The notes below the pieces were generated by a model. It did not search any database. It was not told the origin of the DNA and was given only the letters and a program-made list of their open reading frames with translations. The translations under genes and the position numbers were made by a program. A stretch of DNA of 40,018 nucleotides from the NCBI GenBank assembly GCA_964035545.1, contig CAXIUT010000277.1, positions 26,011 to 66,028 of the forward strand. The letters run 5' to 3'. Positions within the stretch are counted from its first letter, which is position 1. The number at the start of each line of letters is the position of its first letter. The DNA is from Bugula neritina (Eukaryota; Animalia; Bryozoa). This document shows positions 1-13,370 of this stretch, one piece after another.

Positions 1-149
1 CCCAACCCCAACCCCAACCCCAACCCCAACCCAACCCCAACCCCAACCCCAACCCCAACCCCAACCCCAACCCCAACCCCAACCCCAACCCCAACCCCAA
101 CCCCAACCCCAACCCCAACCCCAACCCCAACCCCAACCCCAACCCCAAC
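1..149 (+). repeat. Left telomere (CCCCAA)n
   Basis: About 25 C4A2 units at the window start, one with only C3. This is the Tetrahymena-type ciliate repeat in left-end orientation. Confidence 0.98.
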
Positions 150-195
150 TGATGATATTCAAAATAATCCCATTTCAAATATATATAATTCAACC

Positions 196-3100
196 ATGAA
201 CGAAGACAAAGTACAACCTCTCTTCTCGTCTCTTCTCTCTACTCCATCAGCCACTCTCTAAGCCTTCGCCACTCTCAAAAAAACCCTCTTATCCTCTCCT
301 GATCTCCTATCCTCTATCCTTTAATACTTGACCAATGAATAACCAACTTCTTAGCAGCAAAACCAATACTTCCAAGTAATAACCATGATTCACCCAGTCC
401 TCATCGACCTCTTCTAGGATATTCCAACTTAGCTGCAAGATGTATCTATGATTGTATGCAAGGATGTTCGATCAGGATTGCTGTCGGTGGTTGTTGCCCA
501 GCATAGCAACTTGAAGATAGTTGGAGCACTAGGTTTACTCATCAGATAGATAGTAGAAATCGATGGAGTGAAGCCTTGGATATAGCCATTGGGAGATCTA
601 ATGAAATGGGCAGAGTCATAGTAACTACCTGCCATGCTAGCAGGCATTGAATTCTTTTTGTATCTACTCAAAGACACATCCTACACACGTAGTAGTTGCG
701 ATGCATAACTGTACAAACTAGCACCATTATTGCTATAAAAACTATTCGCAGTATTTGCTAACACATAACTAAATGAATCCAATAGAGCAAAACTACTGTA
801 TGTGGTATTGCAAATAATAAAAACCTTTTCTGCTTTGGACGGAGTAGACGATCCAACAGTTCGTTCTTGTTTCGATGGGACTTTCTAGTTGTGGATGAGT
901 ATGTTCGTAAGTGCATTGAAGGGGTCGCTGAATATGAACCTAACTATCAAGAAGTACATCATGAAGGTACCTTTATAGGTTATGCTAGATACTGGTGGTC
1001 GTGTATCGAGATATGCAGAGGTATCTTGGCCTTAGAAAGTACCATGAACCAGGTCATGTGTTTGCTATTTGGTAGTTTACGTATAGAATGATACCACTCT
1101 ACTTGTGGGGATTCGTATGGTAGCAGCCGACAGAATAATATCCTCCGCAAAAAGAACAACATTCAACTCGATAAGATTGTTTCAAATATGATGACTAGAA
1201 CGATTCTTTATGTCCCACACTCTAAGGACTAGCACTGGCATCTCTGGATTACATTTCTGTGATGCTGTCAGTGCCGCATCTGCAGGGAGCGTTGAGAGTG
1301 TCAGCGCATCACTTGACGAATGCTTTGTTTCATTACTTGATGATAGGGAACGAGTAGATGCTGGGATGGAAAGAAAATGCTCATCACTTTAGTTCTCAAA
1401 TCGCTAATTTGGAATACTAAACTGGTGTTAGAGGTAGATGCATATCTATATTGAATTAAATGATATAAAAGTTTGGAGACCTCGCCATCCAAGCAATACT
1501 AGTATGTAGTTAGAAGTTTTTATTGAATTTGCCACAAAGTACAACCATGGGTACCTTTTCACTGATTCTCAATGCAGTTTTAGGAGATGATTCCCTCTTA
1601 GCAATATCTAGTGGATTGTACTAGTCATAAGCGCAATTGTTGGGTTTGGCTAAAATAAGTGGAGTTGATATTAGATCTCAGTTAGAGGTATCGGGATAGA
1701 CTTGGCATAAGGTGTAGGTTGGGTTATTGGTTTTGGGTCGATTTTCATAAGATGTGATCGTATTCCAATCGAAACAAAGCAACAGTTTCGATATATAAGC
1801 GTTTGTGACTGGCATAATAAAGCAAGTAAAGTAATAGTAGTATTATTCTTTATTGAAAGGACAAAGTTTATACTGTTTGACTAGATTCATATAAATAATA
1901 TCGATCAAATACAAACAACTGTTTCCATAGCTACTTGCTGCAGCTCTATCATGCAATATATCTGTATATCCTTTGTCCTTGAGAGTCATTGCTTGTAGAG
2001 CTGCTTCTACTTTTCTTAAAAAGATTTAGAAACACAAGTTGGATATTCCTAAAGAAATTGTTGATTATATCTAAATGATACAACCTATCGAGAGAGTTTG
2101 CTAAATACCACTGCTATCATAGACAACTGCCTGTGTTATATAGGTTTTAGTAGAGTTATGTAAGAATAAGGAGTTGATGTTGTTGAACAAACCTAAATCA
2201 TAATACTTTTTGACTCTTTTTCATTAAAGTTTATCACAAACATCTCAAATACAACACTTTTTGATCTTGCTTAAAGGAATTATTCAGGACTATAATGCTT
2301 TTTCTAGTCTAGCAAATGTTTTTATATCATTTACTAGTTAATGTCTTAAAGCCTATTTAGGTATAATAAGGTATATTTAGGTAGAGTAAAATCATAGCAA
2401 AAGAAGTTACTTAAATCAGCTGATACATAGCTAATAACAACTGCATTGCATGTAACTGGAGTATTTATCGAACAATCTTCACTTCATCCTCAAAGCACAT
2501 CATAAAAATAAAAAATGATAGAACTATTTGTCCCTTCAGTCGATATCATGTAAATCAATGAAGACATCCCTTTGTAGGTATCTTTTTCTCTATTCTTAAA
2601 AAATATAATCAGATCGTCATAAAGTTTATTCAATAGTAAAGAAATGACATAGCAAGTGATAAGAGTTGTTAGGTTGTTATTGCGTATTCCGAAAGATAAA
2701 TCATTTTAATCTGCATCTATCTATGCTGGCAACTTGGCTATTCTTTTGTTTGATCGTATTTTATAAAAGAAAAATAACTAGATATTGCAGTAGATAGTAT
2801 TGAAGGTATTTCGATCTAGGACTCCATCAGTTATACAATCTTTGGTACTAGTCTATGCTAGAATTATCAACTAGGGTGTTACTCCAGGTATTCATTCATT
2901 TATTTAGATAACAAATTTGTTATTAGTAATGAGAGCTAGGTCAAAGTGAAAGAGGTAGTTGATTTTTTATCATCTTTTTCTATTGAAAATCGAATGGGTC
3001 TAAAAATACTTGTTGATAAATGGTTGTTACAGCAAAGTCTATTTCGTGGAAAATACACCAAAATAGCTACGTACTCATTGCGATATTTACAGTTTTATGG

Positions 3101-3636
3101 CTCTATCAAGGTTATTTTTACTGAACGATAAAAGAGTGGACAACTTGTTGGTTATTGGTTTCAATCCATCCCATACTAACATAAACAACGACGTTAATGC
3201 TCCACTTAAAATCATGGCTACTCTTATCCGTTGTCTTGATAACTAGCTGAATGGATCTCGACAAGACGACTAAGACGATGAGGAGATAAAGATGTAGAAA
3301 GAGGAAGGATTGACTGTTGAGCTATAGAAGTTTAGAGAGGATGTAGAGAGTAAGGAGGAGACGGGTGGTAGTTTGGCTGATCGCTAGAATCAGCAAGGAA
3401 GTACGTGTTATATGTCGGCCATGTTATAGTTTTATGATGATGGGGAGGAGTGTGATGATAAGACTGAAGAGGATTTGTTGTTTTTGAATGATAGTTCTAC
3501 TCGATTCGAGTTGGGAGAATATCTGAAAGACTTTTTCCATTATTTGTATTAGAATAGGAACTAGTATTTCAAGTAATGTGTTAAGGGATTGTTGAAAAAG
3601 GATGTGAGGATTTTACAAAAATATCTTAAGTTTTGA
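196..3636 (+). CDS. IPO9: Importin-9-like karyopherin (HEAT repeats); introns 967-988, 2361-2380, 2888-2907, 3071-3092
   Basis: Continuous frame with TAR=Glu after removing four GT-AG introns. Segments [31 protein letters not shown] and [11 protein letters not shown] plus an acidic C-terminal loop resemble importin-9. Confidence 0.8.
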
Positions 3637-3662
3637 TCTTGTATCAGTTGTTAATTATTATA

Positions 3663-3716
3663 GTTATGATTGTGGTTATGATTGTGATTATGATTGTGAT
3701 TGTGATTATTGATTGA
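3663..3716 (+). repeat. Degenerate (GATTGT/GATTAT)n hexamer repeat downstream of the importin stop
   Basis: gttatgattgtggttatgattgtgattatgattgtgattgtgattattgattga. Confidence 0.7.
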
Positions 3717-3871
3717 GGCATTATTCTGACTAAGTTATCAAGTTAGATATCAATAAAAGTAAAATAATACTATATATCAGAAAAGATATATTTTTCATGA
3801 TAATCAAATGGTTGGTTATTCGTTGTAAATATGTTCTAAAGTGATAATTTTGAATTCTATAATTAGAAATA

Positions 3872-4555
3872 ATGTTGGACAGAGATATAGCCAGAATAAA
3901 GGACAAATAACAAAAAAAGAGAGAAGCTCTTATAAAAGAAATATAAGAATAAAGAAAGGCCTATCAATAGAAACAAAAAAATTAACACGAATAGACTCTC
4001 AATCGATTGAGTCTCAAAGAAACTATGATGGATTTGTTCAATGAAGAACTAAAAACTCTAAAAATGTAATTCTAATATGAAGAATTAATCAATCCTAGAT
4101 TCAAATACACCGAGTGGACCAGTAGAAATCGTTAATAGTACTGTTGCTGCTGTATTACTGATGCGAATGGCGAGGTGGAAGTGAAATCAGCAAGCAAAGA
4201 TTTTAGCAAGTGGTGGAAGGCGAGTGATATGAAAGATTTTAGAGAGAAGCATCGAACGATTATAAATCGTTATGACTCTCTTAATTACTGTAGTTTGACT
4301 TGTTGTTATTTTCTAACAAAAACTATTTAAAAATGTCCACATTGTGTCTAATGTGACGATGGAATTGATAAAACTTGGTTTTATAGTTTGTTATTTGGAT
4401 GTCCTTGTGTTATTGCATCATTTCCTCTATATCCGCCTGGGATACTGCTCTACAATGGATGTCATTGTCTATTCAAATCTTGCTACCAGAAAACAACAAG
4501 AACCAATCAAATCAAATCGCTTTATGATCGATATAAATAAGAACTAACTGATTGA
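3872..4555 (+). CDS. Hypothetical protein, ~227 aa, N-terminal coiled coil and Cys-rich hydrophobic C-terminal half
   Basis: ATG-to-TGA frame open under TAR=Glu (MLDRDIARIKDKE...YKEELTD). No family recognised. Confidence 0.7.
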
Positions 4556-4700
4556 ATATCTTTTATTTATATTCAATTAATATATCTATTTGTTTTAGTA
4601 GATTTCATTGTTTTCGATTAGAACATAATCAGTCAGAACTCGAGATAGTATTTCAATGGATAAATATGTATATGTATATTATTGATATTTGTTGGTGTAA

Positions 4701-7700
4701 TCAATCTTCGCTTTGGCTGGGTTTTGAGAGTCCTTTGAAGATGGATGATGGAACTGTCATCTTGAAAACGGGTGCCAAGAGCAAGGGAAGAGAGCCGAGT
4801 ACCATGCAGAGAGCGTGTTCTTTGAAACTCAAAGGAACTGTTCTGAGTGATTCACCTCCGAATTCAACACAGCAGATCTGGATGATAAGGGTAATAATGA
4901 TGATGAAGATGAAGAGCGGGTTGTTGAAGAAGTTTTCAAAGACGTTGATTTAGTATTCTTTTAGTTTTCTAGCATTGATTTCGTTGAAGACTTGCATCAA
5001 TACGAAAGTATTGAAGAACAAGCAGTAGTGTTTACCTGATTATATGTTCCATTATGAAACATCAATTGAAGATTGAATGTCGAGAATTGTTGGAGCTGCA
5101 TAAGTAAATATATACCGCGGAAGAGAATGATACCTAGAACGACGATTTGGAGAAGTCCTTGGCAGATAATGTTTTTCCACATCTATGGAGTAATCAAGTT
5201 CTCGAATTTAGAGTATGGTTTTCTTTTGAGGAGTTCGTCTGTTGGTGGTTCAGTGGCTAGGGCGAGAGAAGCCATTGTATCCATGATGAGATTAACCCAG
5301 AGCATCTGAATTGGACTCAAAGGTGATTCTTTGAGGATGGCAGCTCCTGCGAAAGCCATAACTAAAGCACAGCAGTTGACTGTCAGTTGGAACTGTAAGA
5401 ATTTTCTGATAGAATCAAAGATATTTCTTCCCCATTTCATAGCAGTAACAATTGAGCTGAAGTTATCATCGAGAAGAATAATTCCTGAAGCCTACTTGGC
5501 GACCTATGTTCCAGCAATACCCATAGCAAATCCGATATCAGCTTTTTTGAGTGCAGGGGCATCGTTGGTTCCATCGCCAGTCATGGCAACAACGTGGTTT
5601 AGTTGTTTTAGACCGGTAGCCATGATGTATTTATCGGTTGGTGATGATCTGGCTAGAACTTTAAGTTGGTCTCTGACTAATTTGAAGTTTTAGATGTTTC
5701 CAATCACATCTTTATCGTCTTATTTTCTGAGTTCTTCAACAAAGGTTCTGAATTTTAAACCTGTCATAACAGTGTAGTCGTCTTCGCCTTGACTAACCCA
5801 ATCTTATTCCAGAATACCTGCTTCTTTGGCAATAGCAACAGCTGTTTAAGGATTATCTCCTGTTATCATTCTGACTCGGACACCAGCTTCGAAGCATAGC
5901 TTGACTGCATGAGGAACAGCATCTCTGATGGGATCTTTAATACCTACCATACCAATAACAATCAAATCTTTTTATATTTCTTAAGCTGTGGAATTTTCAT
6001 TGATTTTATTGTCTTATTTGTAGGCAAGAAGAAGTGTTCTGAGAGTACCTTGTGCAAACTATCTTTGTTTGGCTTCAAAAGTATGGAGAAAGGCTTCGCT
6101 CATGTTGGCAGGCTTTCCTTATGCATCAAGATATTTAGTGCAATTCTTGATGACGAGTTCTGGGGCACCTTTAGTATAGACAACTGTTTTTCCTTTCTGT
6201 CTGACAACTGTGCTCATTGATTTAGTTTTAGAGGCAAATGGAATAACTTTTATTGTATCATCTCTGAACTACATTCTGACTTGTCTGTAATTGAAACCTA
6301 AATTGTAGGCTAACTCTAGAAGAGCACAGTCTGTTTTGTTACCGATTTGATCGACAAGACCCTTTTAGAAGATAGGATTTGCACTGGAATTAACACAGAC
6401 TCCAACTGATAATCTTTATTGAAGTTTTTTGTCTTAGATGTTTCCGACTGATGGCTTTTAGATAGTATCTTCGAGAAGGAACATTCTAGTAACAGTCATC
6501 TTGTTCATAGTTAGAGTTCCTGTCTTATCAGAGCAGATGTTGTCAGCTCCTCCCATGGTCTCACAAGCCTGCAAGAATCTAACCAAATTGTTTTAATCTT
6601 TCATTTTTCCTACTGAATAGGCCAAAGCGATAGTAACAGCTAGAGGTAGTCCTTCTGGCACGGCAACGACGATGATGCTGACAGCAATGATGAATGCATC
6701 GACGACTTGATGTAAGGTGTTGAGTGTGAGGATAGTTCCCATGAAATCACCTGATTGGAAGGCTCCGTGAACTATATGGGCGGCCATGCAGACAAAGGTG
6801 AGGATGGCTGAGTAGATTCCAACGTCTCCGATTTGACTGGCAAGAACTGTCAATTTTGCTTGGAGAGGAGTTTAGTCTTCTTCTTGTGCGAGATTTTCTT
6901 TTAAGATACCGTATTGACTGTTCTTTCCAACAGCGAGGACAACCATCTTTCCTGTACCTTATACTATTTTTGAGCTGGAAATGAGGAAAGGAGCAGCTTC
7001 TATATCATCTTCACTCCATTCTGGTATTTTTTTGACAACGCCTTCGGGTTATCCTGTCATAGATGACTAATCAGCAACGATTCCATGATTTTAAAGTAGA
7101 TATCCATCAACTGATATAATTTATCCTGTTTCTACTATTTGAATATCCCCAACTAGTAAACTTTCAACTGGAACATTGACGATATTTTATTTTCTTAGAA
7201 TGTTGACGTTTTTCTTATTAGCAATAGCATTTAGTTTTTTGAATTGTTGTTCTTTGATCCAGTTGTTGCCTGATGTCACAGTTACGATGATAACGACTGC
7301 TACCAAGATGGATGTGCCTTCCATCCAGCCGTGTTCTAATCCTTAGGAAGCGATTCCCAAGACGAGGGAAACCACTGCTGCTAGACATAGAATTCTAAGC
7401 ATTTCATCTTAGAAACTTTCAACGATCTATATTGCTGTAACGGTACCATTTACCATAGTGTTTTTTATGCCTTAGTAATTGGATTGTTTTAGCCATAGAA
7501 GTCTCTTCTGTGTTGGAGTTGTTCTGCTGTGTCGGTGAGGCCTTTCTTGGTCGGGAAGGTGATACCTTTGGATCTGTTTTAAGAGAGGTGAGGAGTCCTT
7601 TGGTGCGGTTCCAAGAATCAAGAGTTCTGAGGGAGTTTCCAGATCTGATTTAGTCTGGATCAAAGAGGTTTCTAGATAAGACATGTTTTACTTGAGGTCT

Positions 7701-7720
7701 TCTGTGGTATGGGGGAACAT
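4701..7720 (-). CDS. PMCA: P2B-type (PMCA) Ca2+-transporting P-type ATPase; 20-nt introns 7672-7691, 7546-7565, 7427-7446, 5096-5115
   Basis: Motifs [69 protein letters not shown] and FNEINARK. Confidence 0.97.
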
Positions 7721-8044
7721 AATAAATAATTGCTGCGCTATTGAGATTCAAATTAGATAAATATCTTTTTTATTGTTGAATATTTACTTTTAATATCGAA
7801 TATTAGATAAACTTGCAATAATATCACCTGATTTTATAGAATACATTCAAGTTCTTTATTCTCTAGAAACAATCTAAAAACTTATAAAATAACCCCAACT
7901 ATATCACATTTACCCTAAGATAAATTTTGTCTTTCCTTGACATTTAATCGATAGTTATGAAACGATTCTTATCATATCTATTATTAAAAGCTAAATAGAA
8001 ATTATGCTCTGTCTATAATATGAAATTCCTTATAAATATTATAG

Positions 8045-9302
8045 ATGAGTGTATTTGGTAATTCTCGTAATTATGTTGTAGCTGATGAGCATGCTCCTCT
8101 TTCTGTTACAGGTAATTCAAATCAGATCATTATAAGAAATAGTGCTTTAACGGTGACAGTTAATGGCAATTCGAACCGATTTATTATTTAAAATAGTCGA
8201 CTTTAAATGACTGTTAATGGAAATAGTAATCATGTTCAAGGGAGGTTGTCTATTTTGGCTGTTGGATTTAATGGAAATAGTAATTTTGTCTAAGGAGATT
8301 AGGATTGTTAATGGAGATTGCTGTTTAGTAATGGAAATGGAAATAAAATACCAAGAGCAGGAGAAGGATAAAGAGGCTAAAGGAATTAAGGTAGTAGAAG
8401 ACGAAATAATGGAGGGAATGGTGGAAATGGTGGAAATGGAGGTGGTGGAGGTGGCAGAGGTGGTAGAGGCAACGGAGGTTTAGGTGTGAATAGAGGTCAA
8501 AATGGAGGTAACGGAGGTTTAGGTGTGAATAGAGGTCAAAATGGAGGTAACGGAGGTTTAGGTGTGAATAGAGGTCAAAATGGAGGTAACGGAGGTTTAG
8601 GTGTGAATAGAGGTCAACAAGGTAACAGACCATCGAATGTAAACACCAATAGCTTTCACCAGAATCTTCAAAATAGCCAAAACCGAGTAAGCAATCAAAA
8701 TTCAAACCGTTCTCAAGACCCAAACCAGAACCGAAACATATTCCAGAACAACTATCAAAATCGAACAAATCCTCTTTTAAACAACATGTATCACATCGAA
8801 TAGTAGTAAGAATAAATGATGATTCCTGCTAGAGGATTAGGCTCTTATCAGAATAACGGATTCGGACAGGGTAATATGGGCAATATGGGTGGCAATCGCT
8901 TTTTTTATGGGAAATGGCATCTTGGGACAGATGGAGAGACAAATAGGCAATGGGTTTAACATTTTTTTTAATCATGAGTAACATCCGAGGAGAGGTCAGG
9001 GAAGGGTGTTCCAATTCAATGTAAATAATAGAAATTTCAACTTTCCTGGACAAGTTGTTTAAGAGTAGGAGTAGCCTAGAGGGTTGTTGCAGGATGAGTT
9101 GAAGTTGTTGCCGAGATCTAAGCATACTGGAGCAAATGGTTCTTGTACGATTTGTTTGTGTGATATTGATGTGGGTGAGGAAGAGACGTTTTTGATGTGT
9201 TTCCATTCGTTTCATTGGACGTGCATAAGGGATTGGATGGTAAAATCTGATAAGTGTCCTGTTTGTCAGTTCGATGTTGCAAAGCATCTGCGTGGCGAGT
9301 GA
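8045..9302 (+). CDS. RING-H2 E3 ligase with N-terminal GNSN repeats and a Gly/Asn/Gln-rich linker; one +1 frameshift near T7 at 8900-8906
   Basis: C-terminal CTIC...CFHSFHWTC...W...CPVC. The upstream frame is continuous from ATG 8045 to the T run. Confidence 0.8.
8471..8620 (+). repeat. 39-nt coding tandem repeat, ~4 copies (NGGLGVNRGQNGG)
   Basis: Unit aacggaggtttaggtgtgaatagaggtcaaaatggaggt starts at 8471, 8510, 8549 and 8588 (last copy partial). Confidence 0.95.
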
Positions 9303-9507
9303 TTTGTGATGACAGCATAATTTTATCGTATTTTTTATTAAATTAGAAGTTATTTGAATATAAGTTAAGTTAATATTGAAGGTATATAAATAAATTCTGA
9401 ATTAACATAAGAAATTTGATATATTTATGAGATCTATTTATGTATCAATAAGTATTATATCTTCTCAAATCAGTGCGATATCATAAAATAAATCAATATC
9501 ATATCTG

Positions 9508-10056
9508 ATGAAATAGCAAGAGAGAAAAATACAGTAGGCGATACGAAGATAGGAGGAGAGGCAGAGAGAGTTCGAAAAGAAGAGATACTAGAAAAGGATG
9601 GAATATGAGAAGAGGAAGTAATAAAAAGAGAGGTAGTATGAGAAGAGAATATAGAAACTGAAATTTTAAACTTAGTAAATGAAGAGAATTGATAAAAGAT
9701 TATAATAGCGGTAAAGAGAAGCGATATAAAAGTATTTCGAGTAAGAAAGGAGAAGATAGGAATAGTAGAGGATGGAAGAAATGAATTCCAGGCTCTAGTA
9801 GATGTCTATTGGAGTTCATCATTAAAAGTAAAAGGGATTATTTAGAGAGGAGATGGCATATTTATAGAGGAAAAGTCATAGAGGAGAGAAAGGACATTGT
9901 GCGATATGTTTGGGTGATATTGATGTGGGAGAAGATTAAACGTTTTTGCCTTGTTTTCATTCATTCCATAGTTCTTGTATTAGGGATTGGATGGATAAGT
10001 CAACTATCTGTCCTCTTTGTAATTCGAATGTGCCTAAACTATTGATCTTCTAGTGA
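9508..10056 (+). CDS. RING-H2 protein with E/K/R-rich helical N-terminus (paralog 2)
   Basis: Open frame under TAR=Glu containing CAIC...CFHSFHSSC...W...CPLC. Confidence 0.9.
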
Positions 10057-10425
10057 TTTGTGATTGCTTATTGTCTAATATCACTAAATTTTGGAGATTA
10101 ATGTTTATTTTGATTTAAAAGGGATGTGATAGGGTATTTAATAGTTAATAGATGTCTTTAATTAAAAATAAAAGAGTTTTTGAGTTAGATTAATTGCTAA
10201 AATGAATTTATTAGTTGTTTTTGATAGTATATTGTAAGTTGAAGATTTATTTTATCCTTATTTATCTTTTTAAAACATAATTATCAATATATTTAATAAT
10301 ATTTAATCATTCGAATTTATATTGATTTTAATTCCTTCATTTTATAGCTTTAGACTCTTTTGAGTAAATATAATTATCAAGTAAGTATGTATTGATATTA
10401 TATCAAAAATTAATTTAAGAATATT

Positions 10426-10965
10426 ATGGAGGGCAATCATAAAAATAGGACTTAGAGGAGAGAAATATAGCAAATTTAGAAGAAAATTAAGAGATATGAG
10501 AGGAAACTTAAGCTTTTAAAAAATTTATATGAGCAAAGGAAAGTAATGAAGGAGAGAAAGAGAAAACTTCAAATGACTAAGAGATAAATCTACTAATAAA
10601 AGAATAAAATAGAAACGGAAAGGTGGAAGATTTTCGAGTAGAAGATAGAACGTTTCTACTTGAAAGGACTGCAATATTTAAGCAATCTTAGAAGAAGAAG
10701 ATAGTAGGAGTAGACTCGATAGATGTTTTTGGAAGTAGCAGCAGGACTATCTGCTAAATAGATATACTTGCTTCCCATATGCCAGCATAAAGGAAAAAAG
10801 GTGGATTGTTTTATTTGTTGTTGCGATATTGAAGTGAATGAAGAGTAGACATTTTTGAGTTGCTGTCATTCGTTTCATACATAGTGTATTTAAAATTGGT
10901 TGGCTTAGTCGGCTAGTTGTCCCATTTGCCGATTTGATGTGAGTAGATATATAAGTAAAAAGTGA
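10426..10965 (+). CDS. RING-H2 protein with basic helical N-terminus (paralog 3)
   Basis: Open frame containing CFIC...CCHSFHTEC...W...CPIC. Confidence 0.9.
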
Positions 10966-11018
10966 TATTCATGTTTTATAAGTGATATAAATAGTTGATA
11001 TTTGAGAATATATAGTTT

Positions 11019-11468
11019 ATGTTTGTGAGACAGACCAAGAGGAAAGTGTACGACTAGGACGGATCGCTCTAGAAGTACTAATTTATTGAGTTAGAATCGA
11101 TATATTGAGGAGCATCAGACGCAAAGATGTGCCTGCTTCTGCTATAGAAGACTAAAATCAAGACGACTAGATTATTTTGAATCTCAAGTAAGAGTAAAAG
11201 TAGCATCGAATGAATTCGATAGTAAAATGGTTGGTTTTGGTCTTGTTGCTGGTTTGTGTTGGTTGTGTGGCGGGTCAATTCGAACCATGGATAATTGATT
11301 GAGGAAATGGCGCCAAAGTCAAATGGCAAGATGGTTGTCAATTTTAGCCAATTGAAAAAAAAGTTGTCAATGGATGTTGTATTGGATGATATGTAGGAGA
11401 GAGTTGTTTGCTAGGTGATGGATGGTTTCGCATATTGTGGTTTCAATATGACGATACCCACTAAATGA
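11019..11468 (+). CDS. Small single-pass membrane protein; intron 11075-11094; apparent +1 frameshift at ~11272-11300
   Basis: Hydrophobic segment WLVLVLLLVCVGCVA. Frame 0 stops at TGA ~11300, while the +1 frame continues to TGA 11466. Confidence 0.55.
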
Positions 11469-11637
11469 TACTACTACCTTATTTTATTATTAATGTTTTA
11501 GCTATCAATAATTACTTATTTATTTGCTATTTTTAACAATGATAGTCAATTAGTGAATATAATCTTTTATTATTGTTTATCAAATTGATAGCAGAAATAA
11601 GCTATTGTAGATTTGAATAATAATTTATAATAATCAA

Positions 11638-13245
11638 ATGAACTAGCATCGCGAACTATCATCTAAACTCTACAAAACATATCTAATAATACTAATAGTA
11701 GGCTTACTGATACTATTGACATTCTTCTTCTTTTTCAACAACTTCTTCACCAACTCGACAACTAACTACCCTTCTCACAAAACAAATCAATAACAAACTC
11801 TAAAAACCATCCTCAAAACTACAACAGCAACCGCTACAGCCATTCTCACTTCTATTGATAACAACATCAAACACGAAGTCAGTATCTAGAGTCCAGGTAT
11901 TTACTGTTAGAGTACTATGAATTACAGTCAATGCCTGGCTCTTCAATAATCTGACAGTAATAATGCAGTAATTCGATAGAAAGAGAAGACATCGACTTCT
12001 TTTCGGTGTATGGTTGGATCTTGTTGGTAGGTAGCGGGATTGTATGATTATTTTTGGGGATTTAGAAGACGATTCGATTTCTTTAAATATTTTTATATCC
12101 AGTACAAAAGTGCTAATGACTAAGGCAGCTTTATTGCGCCTTCTTTGGAGGTGGAAATTGTTGATAGAAATGTGATTACTACTAGTAATTAGTGGAATTA
12201 TCAATATTCTAATGGTAGTTTGGTTGTTTCTAAATTGTACACTGGTAGTGTATCAAATATAACATTATACATAGTATTAGACTCAGCAGTACTATAACAA
12301 ACCTATAACATCGATTTAAATCAATTTAACTATCAGATATCAACTTATCCAACATCCTTTTCAACAGAATAATAACAATTAACTTTTAACAACTACCTGT
12401 GGTACATTTATCCTTTGCTGTGTTTAATACCAATATCTTTATTTTTAATAAACCATCTTAAAAATTTACTATCATAGTGGTAGCGTATAAATTTCAGAAA
12501 CTTAAACGTTCTTGACAGTTTGTATCGTTACCAGTTAAATTCAATATTCAGTGGTAAAAAACTCCATAATTCTACAATTTTAGGTTAAAACATCATGTCG
12601 GAATTCTACTAAAATTTATCAGACATCCTCGACAGCAGCTACTCATCACTCCTTGCTCGTTAGTGCATCAGATAGAAGGAGTAGCCGTATCGATTCGGTC
12701 CTTTGCTGGACAAAATCAAAAGCAAGTTCATCACTTAGATCAAAATACACCAAGAGTAGAGAAATAAACATCTATCTGACCTGAAATACCAGATCAAAAA
12801 CTCTATCTTAGAGATAGCCTAAAGTGTAAATCGTAAAATAAAGGAAACATACACTAGATGTCGGTAGTTGCAATTGACTCGTGCTTTCTTTTATCATGCC
12901 TATCTATCGCTCATATAGCCCATTGCTAAATTTTAGGAGAGAATGAGGTCGGATTCTACTCCTCTGCCCTAATCAGTTGTATCGTTGTTGAGGTATATGA
13001 ATCAAACGATATATTCTGAGGATATTAAGTTTGCTTTTAAGTTTGCCTTTGTTTTTCCCAGGGGAGTGGAAGAGGAGTTGATCATGCGGTTGCAGTATAA
13101 TTTGCTGCAGAGGTATTTGGGTGGGCTTAAGGAGTTGGATGTTGGGTTGGCGTATTGTAGGGTTTTGGGATTGGAAAAGGAACTTAAATATCTGCAGGAA
13201 GGAATTGATAATAAAAAATATATCTTTTTGACCTATCTCAAATGA
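11638..13245 (+). CDS. Hypothetical 535-aa protein with two transmembrane segments flanking a probable extracellular domain
   Basis: Intronless open frame under TAR=Glu. TM1 is LIILIVGLLILLTFFFFF and TM2 is YLWYIYPLLCLIPISLFLI. Confidence 0.8.
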
Positions 13246-13282
13246 TATCTACTCTTATTTCATTATTTATGGATCATAGGAT

Positions 13283-13368
13283 GTAGATATTTAACTAATA
13301 CATCATTATTTAACTAAACATAACTAGATATTTAACTAATGCATAAGTAGATGTTTAACTAACATAAC
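13283..13368. repeat. Degenerate intergenic repeat with core TTTAACTAA..CAT, 4 copies
   Basis: tagatatttaactaatacat / atttaactaaacat / tagatatttaactaatgcat / tagatgtttaactaacat, lying between convergent stop codons. Confidence 0.7.
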
Positions 13369-13370
13369 AA

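Noticed and set aside
8325-8768. Repetitive ORF (HLNLRYLHFDLYS)n or a CRISPR-like array
   Set aside because: It is the antisense of a spacerless 39-nt coding repeat in a eukaryotic gene.
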